Assembly: GCF_022539665.2 (NCBI RefSeq) | Contig: NC_081332.1 | Location: 124,001-188,000 of the forward strand | DNA: 64,000 bases | Direction: 5' to 3' | Source of the DNA: Daphnia carinata | Taxonomy: Eukaryota | Shown here: positions 9,730 through 23,009 of the stretch, piece by piece | Position numbering within the stretch: position 1 is the stretch's first letter | How the letters are laid out: each line of letters begins with the position of its first letter | Translations under genes and position numbers: made by a program | Notes under the pieces: model-generated | Told to the model about the DNA's origin: nothing | The model's database searches: none | What the model saw: the letters and a program-made list of their open reading frames with translations, nothing else

Positions 9730-9905
9730 ATTGGCCGTGCGTGACAAATATCCAAGAGTTAAAGATTTGTTCTTGGAATATAGCACAGCCTTACGTCGGT
9801 GCTTCAATCGAGATGCTCTTTAGTGAAGGTGGCATGTTCTGACCGCACATAATCACCTGGCCGAAAACATTTTTGAGACTTTACTATTGCTAAAGATTAA
9901 TGCAA
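9730..9905 (+). pseudogene. hAT transposase C-terminal dimerisation-domain remnant
   Basis: Frameshifted DKYPRVKDLFLEYSTAL, ASIEMLFSEGG and HLAENIFETLLLLKIN. Confidence 0.6.
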
Positions 9906-11035
9906 GTTAAGAAAACTAAGCTTTCGTGTCAACTTCTGTCATGATAACTAGTCTATTGCCAGTATATTAGTTAGTCAAAGTTTAATATTGCTACAGTCTT
10001 ACGCAGATAATACACTTGAACAGTTTATACCTTGGTACCCAAGAGCTCTCGATTCTGATTTTGGATTCTGTTTTTGATATTTGATACTGATTATTTTATC
10101 CTTGTTCTGCTTCATTGGTTTCTGATCAAAAATTTTTAACTGTTCAGATTTTTTATTCTTTGGATAATTGAAAGTAATTAGTCTATTCGGAATTGATTGA
10201 TTTTCAGACCGCAAGAATGGTGGGAATACTCTTTATTTTGTATGATTTTGCAATGTTATGTAGCGTATAGTCCTTAATGCTGCAATTAATTACTGCTATG
10301 ATCTGACGTGCGGGCATATATCGTCGCGTATAGAACGAACGGCACTTGTTTCGACGCAAACTATATGAAAATTAAAGGTGGGGTAGGAAGAAAAACAATG
10401 TCTGTTTGTTGGTGGTTTTCACTGAGTGGTATTGGGGATTTTGTCCGGATTGAAAGAAAGTAGAAAAGCGAAAAATATTTGGAGACTCTTGGGAAAGTTC
10501 TGCTTTCTTCCATTCACGCAAGATTTCTCGGAAGCCGCAAACAAATGTCACGGTAGGATGCCAATTCATCAATTATGAATGATAAAACAGTGGTTTACGA
10601 TCCTGATGCCGAAAATGAGCTACTTCTGTTCCCATCTTAAGGAGTCGACATGAATCCAATTGAAAATGTTTTAAGGTGCGTCTACACTGGTAGTTTTTAC
10701 AGACAAGTTACAGTCATACGGGCATACAGACCCCATACAAACATACGGAAAGCTTATTCTGTCCAATCTACACTAGCAATTTTCCGTAGCCGTATGCCTG
10801 TATGCCTGTAATTCTGTAAGAAAAAATGTTTGAAAAGTTTCAAACTTTTCCCGTAAGCGAGAGCTTCCGTAAGCTAAAAAATAAGGTTCAACCAATCAGA
10901 ATGAAGTATATATTTTTAAATACTTTTTATTAGTACAACAACACATAACTGCAACATTGTTTGTTGATGTTCGTATCCCACAGTTTTCGTGTGTATTTAA
11001 AAATTTAAATTTGAAAAATAAACGATATCAAAAAC

Positions 11036-12452
11036 ATGGGCCTAAACTATCTCCAAACAAGAAGAAATCTCCAAAGAAAATAACAGAAAGGTAAATAATT
11101 GAATTGTATTGGTTGCTTTTGCTCAGTTTTTGTAAAATTTTAATATTTTTTAGACTGAAACTAGAAACACAAGACATTGAGAGGTTCATTTTGTGTATAA
11201 AAAATCATCCTGTATTGTATGACACAGCATTGCATGATTACAAGAACGGACAAGTTCAAGCACAAGCCAGGGCAACAATTGCAGCCCAATTTTATTGCAG
11301 TAAAAGCACCATTACAATAATGCATATCAAACTTTAATCGTGGTCCTTTTTTGTTGCATTTACAGCCCCTGCTGAGGTGAAGGATACATGGCAATCGTTC
11401 AAAGATAGGTACACCAAAGAAAGAAAGATGTTGAACAAACAGCCACCAATCACATGCAACTCCTTCGAGAACTCCTTCTTGGTTCTACAAACAAATGGAC
11501 TTTCTGGACAAGCACATTAAACAGCGACAGTATTCTATGATGCTAAAATTTTGTTTAAAGAATTTGATTATTGACATTAATATTACCATTATATTCATCA
11601 GGCGACAATCAAACTGTGGCGATACCAGTGATGTATCAACAGCTGAATGTGCAAGTGTTGTACGGAAGGAAATGCCACATGAGGTGATTGAAATGAACAT
11701 AGAAGACATTGAAACCGCACCTGAAGGTTTCCAGCCTGACGAAATAGAAACGTTCTGCATTTCTGAAGAGTATGCGCAGAACTCAGCAGCGCCCGATGAT
11801 GAAGGTTAATACAATTTCTCCTGACAACTATTGTGTTCATGCAGAGTGAATGAAAAGCTAATATTTTCATTTGAAACAGATGATAATTGGATGATCTGTT
11901 GTACTATTGATAGTGGACATGTAATGACATGTCCACTATCAATAGTACAACAGGTGATACCAATTCCACGGCGTCCGCTAGCAATGTTGCAGATTTTGAT
12001 CGTGATGTCTTCAAGACGCCATCTCCAGCTTGTAATAAGAATTCGACATCATCAGGAAATGGTAGTTGATGGTTGCAAGTCATACATTTGTCAGTATAAC
12101 TCGATTGCGTCATACGATCATTGTAGGTGTTACACATGGATTTTCCGAAATTGCCAGCCCGTCAGGGGAAAAACCATTTAGAAAAAAACGCAAGCTAGAA
12201 GACGGTGATGCAGCTTTGCAACAGTCAATGGTGAACACTCTTGATGCCTTGTCGAGCAGTTTGAGGAACAAAACCAAAAGCGTACAAGAGGATGAAAGGT
12301 CGAAAACGCGTAATAATGATCCAGTTTACGACGAATTGTTGCAATACTGCAGCAATTTTGCCAGGCGTTTAGCCGATATTCCAAATGAGGAGTCCCGTGA
12401 AAGAATTAGACACGCAATGGAAATGGCCATGTTTGAACATAAATTTAAATGA
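11036..12452 (+). pseudogene. MADF (Myb/SANT-like) plus BESS-like protein of the Harbinger element, spliced and frameshifted
   Basis: FILCIKNHPVLYD...DYKN, VKDTWQSFKDRYTKE, WFYKQMDFL, and C-terminal DELLQYCSNFARRLADIP...IRHAMEMAMFE; apparent frameshifts near 11040 and 11475. Confidence 0.8.
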
Positions 12453-12654
12453 TTCATTTGTTTTCTTAAAGCACCAATGCGCTCCTGCGCGTGTGAACAC
12501 AGATCTCATTCTTGTCAAGAAAGCTTAATTGAATAAACTTTCAGCAACAACATTAAAATATTTTCATAAACAATTCTCCAGGTAATTATACTCATGTGGC
12601 ACACTATACTCATTTTGTATATAAAAATAATACATAACTGGTGGTTTACAAAAA

Positions 12655-12884
12655 AACCTGTAATATTGAAGGGTGTAGACGAGTCCACCTACGACCTTCA
12701 TGAACTTTTTAAAATCAATTATGAAATTTCAAGTTTGAATATTATGAAACGTATATGACAGATTACCAAGAGGATGTTTCCTTCGATGTTGACGTTCCTT
12801 CATAATTTTTCTTATCTTCCACATAAGTGATAACATCAAAACAATTTCTGTGGTTTCAATAAGCTGGTCTAAACTAAGATCCAT
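12655..12884 (-). pseudogene. 5' stub of the probable Harbinger transposase
   Basis: MDLSLDQLIETTEIVLMLSLMWKIRKIMKERQHRRKHPL, intron, then RRWTRLHP. Convergent on the MADF gene; catalytic domain absent. Confidence 0.5.
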
Positions 12885-15020
12885 GGCTTAAAATTTAACA
12901 AAATACACAGTTAAGCGAATACTTCAGGAAGAACGAAACTTCGAGACTTGTTTCATCAACACTTGAAACAGACAGATTTGAGTTGACACTTGTTTGTTTT
13001 GAAAACAAAGTTCGCCTAGCGGGATGTGCAGGAACTACCAAAAGGTTGCTCCGCCTTCTATAACGCCCATTTTCCGTACAATGTCTATAAACCTATGTGC
13101 AGTATAGATTGCGCTACGGAAAAACTGAAATAGCGTGACAGTAAGACTGTATGCCTTTATGCCCGTATGCCTGTAACTTGTCTGTAAAAATTGCCAGTAT
13201 CGACGCACCTTTACGTGATATGGTGAAGGACTCTGAATTTTTCCATCCTCGCTCCTTGGATGAATTTTATAATAAGACTAAATTAGCTAATGGGATTTGC
13301 GAGAGTTATCGGGGTAAGCCTAATTATTGACCAAAACTCTGAAATTCTTTGATTAAAAGATTGCAAATTATAATGGAAAATACTTGTTATTGGACCAAGT
13401 TTTAACAGAATAAGTAAACTAAATTCATGTAAATTCGTTTCTGTTATTTTGTGCTAGTGACAGCAGTGAACTACGTTTAAGTAAAATCCAAAAAAAGAAA
13501 TCGTTAGCTTATGGAAATGGAATCCAAAAGCAGGAAGCGAGTTATAGTGTGGGAGCAAACAGCACCTAAACAGTTTCGAAAAAAACGTTGTGTTTTTTGA
13601 ACGTATGGATTTTTTATTTTCTTTCGTAAAAAATACTAAAATGGATAGCGATAGCTCTTGCCATGGCAGATCCAGAGTATGATATATCGAATTCATCAAG
13701 CTCTGAGTTGGAGATATAATATTAAATCCAATTCAAAAGAAGAAAAGGAAAAAATAAACGAGTTGGAGGAAGTTCCAGCAATGGCTGAGAATTCCTGTGC
13801 AAATTATCAAAAAATGAAAACTGCAAGGCAGTCCACCGCACTGAAAAACCATGAATTTGTCAAAGTAAGTATCCTCAAAGAACACTTTGTATTGCATTGT
13901 TATACATTTTTGGCTTAGGTTCATCACAATGCCACTAAATGTGCACTGCATTACAAGACCATTCAAGGAAGGACACGTACCAAGAAAAACAGATAGAGGA
14001 TGACTGTGCTAAGCTTTGGCCAAAAGCTTAAGCTTAGAAAACTTGTGAAATCGTTGAAGCTACCTCACATTTCTTCTCAGTTTTTAGCTCCTTATTCGCA
14101 GAATCATCCTACGCTGTTGGCTACTACATCTCCATAGTTCACGAATTCACAGTTCGCTAGCACTTCTTTGCAGACAATTATTGAAGATCTTGGGAGATCT
14201 CCATCGTACATTGCACTAGTTACTCCTCCGACGACACCACGAATACCGTTTGAATCATCTCTATCCAGCCTAGCCAACGCCTCTAAACAAGGATCATCAG
14301 TTGCTGCTGCATCGATTTCGTCAGTTAACACTAGTCAGGCAAAATATTGGTGAAAGGCTTTTGGTTTTGGGCTCTCCACCGCAAGATCCCTCCGGGGGGT
14401 TGGGTTTCGTGCTCCGGGAATGTAAGATTGAAATTAAAAAACAAAAGCTTCGATATGGGTTTGGGCCCGAGCCGGCATAAGAATGGCGAAGAAAAAACGG
14501 TGTGTGCTAGTTGTGTGTATGAGTGTGCTGATTTCATTAACACCGAGTGCAAGCTTAACTGTAAACCAGTTTACCTTGATTGTGGTTGAATATGGCCAGT
14601 CGGCCATCAATTATGTGTGTCTATTTCATTTATGGTGGGTGAAAGCGTAACTGTCAAGCAGTTTACCTTATTCCCGGGTGGGTGTGGCTAATTAGCCATT
14701 ATTTAGTGTTGTCCAGACGCTAGGGGAACGCTAGGTTGAAAGAATTTGCGTTGGCGGCTTCTTTTTTGGCGTCATTAACTTAGAATGCGCTTTCCGGCCA
14801 GTAAACGGCGCCGAATGATATTAAATTATATATTTTCAGAATCAGCATAAAAAACTGAACATATTGTGTAATTTTCATGTAGAAGCTCAGTGATTCACAA
14901 CTTAGGTAGTTTGTCAGTCGCTCTCCAACGCTCGTACGGGTAAAACGAACATCTCCGCGCTCTGGCTCTTTTATACAAAACTTCACCAAAATCATCCAAA
15001 TTCATTCTTTTTTTTCAATT

Positions 15021-15708
15021 ATGTCCAGTTCAGAGGAAGAACCCGACAACCGTGAATTCGGGAGTCGGTTTTTTACTAGTACACGGGACCCTTATGGTTC
15101 CCGGCTGTGGGTCAATGTCAACGACCTGCATTGTTACCACGTCGAGGGTCGTGGGAAGTTAAGTTTCCGCGGGTACGCTGCGTGACGTCACCTGTCGCCA
15201 GGAGAAGGTCAAGATTTGTACGGTCGCCCCTGGAGGGGATCATACCCATCGCCCAATCACCAATTTTGAGGTATCTCCGTTTACGTTATTATATTCGAAT
15301 TGATTGTGCCTCATGGCGTTCAACAGCAGGGGTACAAGGCAAAATGAGTCGCTTGGTAACGCGTTATGCTATGCCCTGGGAGGCTAGGGACATATACCGT
15401 AGTCTTAGGGATATGGCCACATATTGCGCCCGTTCGGACAAGCCCTGGCAACGGGCAGACGAGTGGAAGGATCCCGAGTCCAAAGAGCGCTTAGAGCGCG
15501 AGTTCCGCCTAGCCGCTCGCTTACAGCAACGGCAGTTGCGAGGGGGGGGGCAGTAGGGCCCGGGAATATGGAGTTAGCCTCAACATCAGCGGCTTCAGCC
15601 GTGGAGGGGGCAGTAGGGCCCGAGGATACGGAGCTTGCAACAACATCCGCAGCTCCAGCCGTGAAGGTGGCTCCTGAGGTGATGTCGCAGTGTAGGCGGT
15701 TCGGATGA
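15021..15708 (+). pseudogene. Degenerate FLYWCH-like zinc-finger gene with a 2x60-bp coding repeat
   Basis: Frameshifted LHCYHVEGRGKL, VRCVTSP and ICTVAPGGDHTHRP; repeats GAVGPGNMELASTSAASAVE and GAVGPEDTELATTSAAPAVK. Confidence 0.35.
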
Positions 15709-15829
15709 GTATTTTATTTGCATTTTCTCTTCAAAAAACAAAAAAAAATCCCAAAAAAACAAAAAAACAAAAAGATATTTCTATCGTTTTTAGTTCCATA
15801 AAATCTTCCAAGCTCTTCAAATCTTCCAG

Positions 15830-16132
15830 GTAAATTACAATCTTCACGACATTCTAAGTACAAGAGAAGATGGAAGAAGGCGGTTGGTAACGTATTCCAA
15901 AAAAAATAAAGTAGTAGTGTCGATTATAGAAAAGAGCCTTCTGGTCAGAATTTGTACCGACAGACTTTGTAATGACGTTTGGCATTTGAATCCCACGTCT
16001 GAACAAAAACACAAATTGTCGTTAGCAATCGTCCGTCTGTTCCCCAGCCTAAAGAGCAACCAAGAGAATCATCCAGAATGGCTTAATTTACATAACAACT
16101 GGAGTTCGGGCTTCATCGACGTTCGTTTGTAA
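15830..16132 (+). pseudogene. Fragment of a TE-associated SAMD3-like family ORF
   Basis: PTSEQKHKLSLAIVRLFPSLK...SGFIDVRL resembles that family from memory; not verified. Confidence 0.3.
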
Positions 16133-16619
16133 ATGATGCGTTCCAAAAAAATAAGAAGCAAGACCTCAAAGCCTTGAGGCATCCAAGAAATGTAAAATCT
16201 TGACTTACACAAACCACAGGACCACACTGTAAGCCTGTAGTAAGCCGAATAACATAGATATATTCAATAATTTCGTCTGCTGTTGATGAAGGGAGAGAAT
16301 TAGCCGTTAGATGGTGTGCCAAATGTGTCGTGGTGGGTTTCCTTATTCCGTGTTCCATCTCCTTATCTCTGCTGGCACTACGAAATGGGCAAATCCTAAA
16401 TCCGTTAACGTGGTTAACTTGATATTTGATCAACAAAACAATACACCAAGAATGTCAACTACGGAAAAAATTATGACAAAACATATGTAAAATATACTCT
16501 AAAAAGTTAGTTAGCAAATGAATGATAAATAGAACATTTCTTAAAATTTCTTATTTTCGCCCTATTCCTCCCATGTAAAATTTCCTCTGTGTTCTCTCGG
16601 AAAAGATTGAAGACACTTC

Positions 16620-17385
16620 AACTCAGCGTCTTTTAGAACTCTTTCAATTTGATCTCGTTCAGCTGCCTAACACCCCCAAGAAAAGTACGATGGAAAGCCT
16701 TGGTAGAGTTTAGTTCATTTAAAAAAATTTCGAAGTTTTCGTTCTCCGCTTATATATACTCAACCTTTTTGATAAAAAGATGAAAAAATGTTTCTTTTAA
16801 AAATTTTTAAATAACAATTATCCAGCAATTTTTAGAGAAATACATAGCTCTCATAAAGAGCTTTTTATTTCATCTAAGTTCTTGAATTTTCAATGTTTAG
16901 TTCTCCCAATAATAATAATTTTAATTTCATTTAAAATTGGAGATGAGTACCCGCCTCAATCGGGTAGATTTTTGGCCGATCGGCTGGGTTGACTTGGATT
17001 TCGTTAAGGTTCTTTTGCTAAAAACTGGTTCCAAAAACCCGAGTGCATACCCCGATTACACCACTTTCTAACCTGATTACCCAACTTCTAATGATATTTA
17101 AAAAATAAAACAAATTATTAGAACCGGCATTTCATTATTTACATAAATATAAAAAATATATAATAAATATTTATTAAATATTAATGCATTATCAATGAAG
17201 GCCATGCATAGGTTATATTGTAGTATACAGATAGGTGCTATTTCCCCTATGTGCTTCATAGAAAGGGCCTGAACCCTACCAGAACGTTCAGCCGTACTTT
17301 CCTGGTATGGTTCCCGCAGCTGAACGAGATCGAGTTGTGAACATTTTTTCTAAATACACCGTGTTGCCAACGTGCTGAGTTTAAA
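16620..17385. repeat. Diverged inverted repeat pair (old MITE or foldback element)
   Basis: GATCTCGTTCAGCTGC (~16651) versus GCAGCTGAACGAGATC (~17316), with flanking similarity over ~100 bp. Confidence 0.55.
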
Positions 17386-17683
17386 TCCGCTTACTTAGTT
17401 TTTTTTTTTAGATAATCAGGGGATAAATGTCAGGTTCCGTGCTAAGCTGGAGTTATATCCGGCGTTTTCTTAACATCTTAGATTTTTTAAATTAGTTAAA
17501 TAGATGATGAATTTGGTTGCCTTGAAGGGAAAAATTATTAATTCTAAGGTCACGTTTTTCCCTTTTGACGTTCTCGTTTGTCATTAGACGCGAAGCTCTA
17601 CATGGAGTACATGATATTCAGCTTTCGATTCGAAAGCATGTCGTTTTAAAAACTTTGATCGTCCCAGATTAGTTTGATTTCGA

Positions 17684-19025
17684 CAACATGGTCTCACTAC
17701 ATATGTACTAAGTAGTACATAGTTGCAGATGCACTTTTTCTTATGGGGTAAATGATAAACGCGCAGGGCGTTAGTCAATTATTTTTTTTTAAATTTTGTC
17801 TGCTTGGAGCTTTTCCACGCGGAAGTCGCGATAAAACGTGATTTTCCATGCGGAATGTGGAAAAAGACACCTAAAATTGTAAATTAAATGAGAACCCATG
17901 AAATAAACATATTTAAATTATCTTAGTTAATTTTTAATACAAGACGGAATGCTGAAATTTTCTAGACACAAAAAAAATGTAAATATGTACTTATAATTAA
18001 AATTTTTTACACTTATTTACACTTTTTAAAATTTGAACTTGGCGCGGTAAAAAAATGGCCGCCATAATGGTTTATCGAAAACCACTTTTTCAAACGTAAT
18101 TTTTGGGGTTAATATAGCATCTTAAAAGTAAACGTTTAGAATAACTTGTTCCTCGAATCACCAGGAACAAAAATATTATAATGGTTTCCTGTTTTGACGA
18201 AGATTAAGCATCAAACAATCAATGCAAAGTTTCATCTTTTTCACACACCCCCTCCCCTTTCTAAAATCATGAAATCCTTTAACAATTATTTATAAAGAAA
18301 ATAAACAGTTAAAATTGACAAATTTTGCATCAATCGATAGCTCTTATCAAGAGCTATCTAATTCTATAAAACTTATGTTAAATTTTCAGAAAAGGAAAAA
18401 GTTTAAGTGTAACATCAATTTTTTGTTTTTATCGGTTGCGTCCATTAGAACCTTAGATCGAAAAACAACAAAAACGCATTTTGCGTTTAAGATATTTCGA
18501 TTTGAAAATATTGATTACAATTACCTAAAAATGGACAGCCCTTACCAAGGGCTATCGATTTATATTATATTTATATTATTTATATATTAAATCAGCGAAT
18601 ATCATAATTAATTTTGCTGACAAATAATTAAAAAATTGTTCCTCTTATATTCGCTTATTTCAATTACCATAACTATTGTACATATATCTAATAGTAATAT
18701 ATATATTGTAATTGTATGTATGTATAAATATATAAATATAATTGTAATATACTGTATATATGTGTATTTATTATATTGTAGTATTTATGTACATTATCAT
18801 AATATTGTAAATATAAATTTATATAAACCTAATTCATATTATTCACTTTGAAAAAATTAAGACATGCGCTGCACGCATTTTTGTTTAACTGGTTTAACTT
18901 TAACGGTTTAACCATTAAAGCAACCAAATCAAAGCCCTAGGGGTGACAACACACACTTTCCCCATAAAGAAAACTGCAGGCGCGATTATGTACTAAGTAG
19001 TACATATTGCCTCGCGACCAGCCTG
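17684..19025. mobile_element. Non-autonomous DNA transposon, copy A (8-bp TSD; hAT/P-like)
   Basis: Ends CAACATGGTC and GACCAGCCTG; imperfect ~68-bp TIRs containing TATGTACT-N4-AGTACATA; perfect TSD GATTTCGA at 17676-17683 and 19026-19033. Confidence 0.92.
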
Positions 19026-19280
19026 GATTTCGAGGCTGTGGGGCGGGGACCCCGATTGAAGTCCATCGTGGCAATCACACGAAACCGGTTTTATGCTTTT
19101 TCCCGGCGTTTGGGGGAAAAATTTGGCAATCGGATCGTTCCGGTTTTTTTTAAGGAGTTGATTTCGGGATTTCAAACGAAAATGAAGTTGGCAATTATTA
19201 CTATCCCTGTTCCCACACAACTGCCATATGGTTGTTTGCGCGCGGAAGTTCTCGTCAAATTTGACTATTTTCTTACAATA

Positions 19281-20424
19281 GGGGAGGGTGGGCGTGGTTG
19301 GAACACAAAACTTATTTTTGTTCCGTACGATTACAAAAATCGTCCAAGTAAAGTAAAAAAATATATAGATTTGTAGCCAGTTATCTCAGCTACATAACAG
19401 TATTTTTTTTGGGTGGGTTCGGCAAAGTTTAATATGTGCTATGAGTAAAAAACCGGAGGTACCCCAAGTTGTTTCAATTGCCAATTCTACTCGGCAATTG
19501 AAACAGGGCGTCTGGGCAATTGAAACGTGGGTTTTCCCATAAGAGAGCTCCTGGTTTTACGAAAAAACTAAAATGACGATATCTCAGAATCTGGGATACG
19601 TATTTTGATGAATTTTTTACAGTAATATAGAGAATTTTAATCTTTATTTTTAAAGATGTTTTATAAGTTTCTATAGTAACTAAATATTATTTAATGAATT
19701 TTAGTAGTTTTCTGAATTAGGTTCCGAACACCGTTAGTAATCCAAAGAACGGTTAATAGTATGGAGAGCAAATTTTTATAATCGAATATTGCATGTCCAG
19801 CCTTACATCATAATTGTTGTTAATGTCCTTAATTTAATTTTTAAAATTTAATTTCTTTCTTCAACGTTGTAAATAAAAGCGCAAACATTGTGGCAGACGA
19901 TAAATGCCAGCCACCCAGCAGACGAAATAAAACAGAAAATAAACAATAATTGAAAAAAGAGCTCTGCTAATACGCTGCGTAGGGAACACTGTTGCCAGAC
20001 TACAGTAAAGGAGACGCGCATACGGAAGGGTCGCAATTGGAACAAGGTGTTCCAATTGCTCCGACCATGGGTCTTCTCGGAGTTTTAATTTTTATAAGTG
20101 ATAAAGTTAAGCTAGAAAATTAAGGTGATCAACTTATAGCTTAATGAATGACGAATGATTGAAGACCTTTTTTAATGATTTTCTCCATCGTTTTCAGTGT
20201 GAAAACGAAAAAATTTTCTGCAAAAAAACAACAAATGGACAGTCAAAAAACAATTTTCTGGGATAATTCGAAAACTTTTAAATTCTAAAGCCTCCAATTT
20301 TTTCTAAAAATTGAGAACCCTAATTCCCGTTAGTTAAAATTTTTTAAACAAAATCTCTTACATACTTTAAGTGGTAGAATTTTTGTTTCAATTGCCGCGT
20401 GTTCCAATTGCGCCCTCCCTCCTC
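19281..20424. mobile_element. MITE with TA target duplication (Tc1/mariner-pogo-like)
   Basis: TIRs GGGGAGGGTGGGCGTGGTTGGAACAC and (reverse complement) GAGGAGGGAGGGCGCAATTGGAACAC, both flanked by TA; internal CAATTG(G/A)AAC repeats. Confidence 0.75.
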
Positions 20425-21484
20425 TAACTGAACGACTAAATGAAAAAATTTTTTGTACACGTTTCAATAAGTTCTCCATGCTTGTATTTTTAAATTTTTA
20501 AATTAAAAAAAGTGCGTCTTTGCGCTGTTGATGTTTTTGATTGCATTTTAAAATATGATGAAATTCTTATCTCAACGATTTTCACACAGTTATTAACTAA
20601 TGTTTCCTTAAACCCCCCCCCCCCTAACAAAAACATCTATTTATTATTAATTTGGCTTAATACATTGTTATGACTGCTCTATAATATTGAAAGTACGATT
20701 CATCAATGAAAACACTTTTCTGTGACCAATGAGTGATTGCCTTTTTCAATTTTTAAAGAATTCTTTTTCGTTTTTAGCCTCACTCCGTTTGCCTGTCGGT
20801 AGTCGAGAACTGGGGGTGGTATTATGCCAAATAAATTTTGTTGTGTTTCGTTGGTTGCGGCACATTTTTGCAAAAAGGTAGCTATTTTGTTTGAATGTTA
20901 CATTTCATTATTATTATTATTGTTTTCATTGCTAAGAGTAGTCACCTAGGAGAATACATAAGAACTGCTGTTGGCCAGCGGAAAGAACGGCACCTGCGGG
21001 ATTAAAAAAAAAATTTGATGACAGCACCTGCTGATGTGAATTGAGAGGAATCCATTTTCAATTTTTCTAATGGTGGCTCCTATTTTCATCGGAATACCAA
21101 CGCAGATTCAGACAATCCATGAGAGGCAAACCTGGCTGTAGGGCCTACACTGTACAATATACAGTATCCCCCAGAAAAAAGAGGCTCTCTTTGGTCGTAA
21201 AAAAAACTAACAATTGTGAGTATTTAGTGCTACATTGCATTTTTAATTTATGGGATGAAAAAAAAACACGCTGATTGTTTTTTGTGTTTTATTTTGACCA
21301 AATTGAATTTTGCCGTGCTAAGACAATAAAAAAACGTATATCTTAGACAAAGCAAAGCTGTGCCGTTTAGATATGTATTTGTCCAACTAGAAACAGTGTT
21401 CCACTGCCCATTCTCAGATTAAAATTGTTACGCCATAGAACCGGTTTGGCCTTTCACCTCTTCCACTGAGCAAACTAGATTTTT

Positions 21485-23009
21485 CTAAGAACATTTGCAC
21501 AATCGTGAGCATCGCTCGCTAAATGGCGATAGCAAGCAATCATGCTGACAAAAAGATTCCTCTGAGGCTCGTTCGCTTTTTAACAGTTCTTCCTTGGGGG
21601 CACAGCTTACTCTGCAAAATATAATTCAACACGATACTTCGTATTTGGGGGAAAAAAATATCTATTTTTTCTATATAAAGATGATTAAAGGGGACAATCT
21701 TACATGCACTGACAAGCGTGTTCCGGACAAGTGGGCGGGTACTTCATACAGCTAGTCATGCACCAGGAATCGAAGTAACTGATGCCGCGGTATTTTCCAA
21801 CTGCAGTACAGGACTGGGAACTGTGTATTTTTAATGTGCAACCAAATTAATTCTCCTCTTAGTTGAAATTGAAAGGATAAAAAACTTTCGTACCGGACAA
21901 CTAAAGTTTCTTCGGTGAGCGTGCCATGAGGAGGGTTGTTCCATAATCTAATGGCATACGGATTAACGTTTTGGCTGGTTGGAATAGTTGGAATGAGCCC
22001 AAATGGTTCGAAGCCCCCTGTATTGGTGATGATGACTACATCCGCACAGTTCCGATAAACTTCTTGTTTTCCACATCCAGCGTTTACGGTTCCGTCTTCG
22101 CATGTCCCGTTAATATTGCCTATATACGTTAATCAAAAAGCTAAAAGCTAACGGGAAAATCCTTTCAAAAAATGAATACTGGCATAGTGAATCCACTGGA
22201 TTATGCAATGTGTACAAGTGACTTGGTTAGGGAGTTTAACGCGGTACTTGAAAACTGCGTGTCTTTCCGAATCATCCGGAATCTTGAATTGATACGTGGA
22301 TTGGCCTTCTAAATACAGCGGGTACCTGCCATATGGTAAAGATTGTTTAAAATTCACAAAGTAAGTTACGTGCTAATGCGATGATTCGAATACTTTTCGA
22401 AGCACTCGTCTGTTTCATGGTTTGCAGTTAGATGTCCGAGCAATGGACAAAGACGCAACTCGAAGTGTCCTTTGTGATTTGAAGTGAGCTCGATTTCTAT
22501 GTCAATTACTTGTCCCGGAGTGTAGCGTCGTCCTAGCAGGCCGTTTGCAAAGTATCCCCCAATTTCGTGGGGGCGTGGTTGAGGTTCGTTCCATGGATCT
22601 CCGCAAACGCCGCACTTGCCACCATTGATATCCCATAGCACTGTATCATTGAAATACATTTGGTAAATTCATTCCTTGCTAAAGTCAGTAAATATGTGCC
22701 TATTACCCTCGACTCCTCCGCACCAAAGCTCGTTATCTTTTACGTCGACTGGATTGGGGAAACCGAATCTCCACATTGCGTTTCTTGATGGTGGATTCAT
22801 TAAACGTCCATGGCAAATTACTAGTTCAATCTATAATTGGTATTTATGAAAACCAAATAAGAAGTTCAATAATAAGTTTTAAATAAATGAGGCAGCTATT
22901 TGCAATCGCTATTCCTATTGTGGTCAATAATTTTTTGCGACAAATAAATTTTTCTTACCAGAAGCAAAAATGATGCGAGGAGAAGTATCGCAACGGCCAA
23001 GAGCTTCAT
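21485..23009 (-). CDS. AA15 lytic polysaccharide monooxygenase (chitin-binding type-4 domain) with Cys-rich C-terminal modules; spliced
   Basis: Signal peptide MKLLAVAILLLASFLLL-IELVIC, then HGRLMNPPSRNAMWRFGF (His1), GKCGVCGDPW, TSNHKGHFELRLCP, CTHCIIQW, GCGKQEVYRNCADV and WCMTSCMKYPPTCP. Confidence 0.92.

Larger units (their letters stand above)
10674..13210. mobile_element. PIF/Harbinger element, non-autonomous (2537 bp)
   Basis: Imperfect ~50-bp TIRs starting AGGTGCGTC; TTA target duplication at 10671-10673 and 13211-13213; carries a MADF gene and a convergent transposase-like stub. Confidence 0.9.
10205..13405 (+). mobile_element. Degenerate Tc1-like transposase split by a Harbinger insertion
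   Basis: FPS*GVDMNPIENV (Tc1 SPDLNPIENV motif) up to 10673 resumes after 13210 as LRDMVK...SLIKRLQIIMENTCYWTKF*. Homologous to 45047-45625. Confidence 0.75.
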
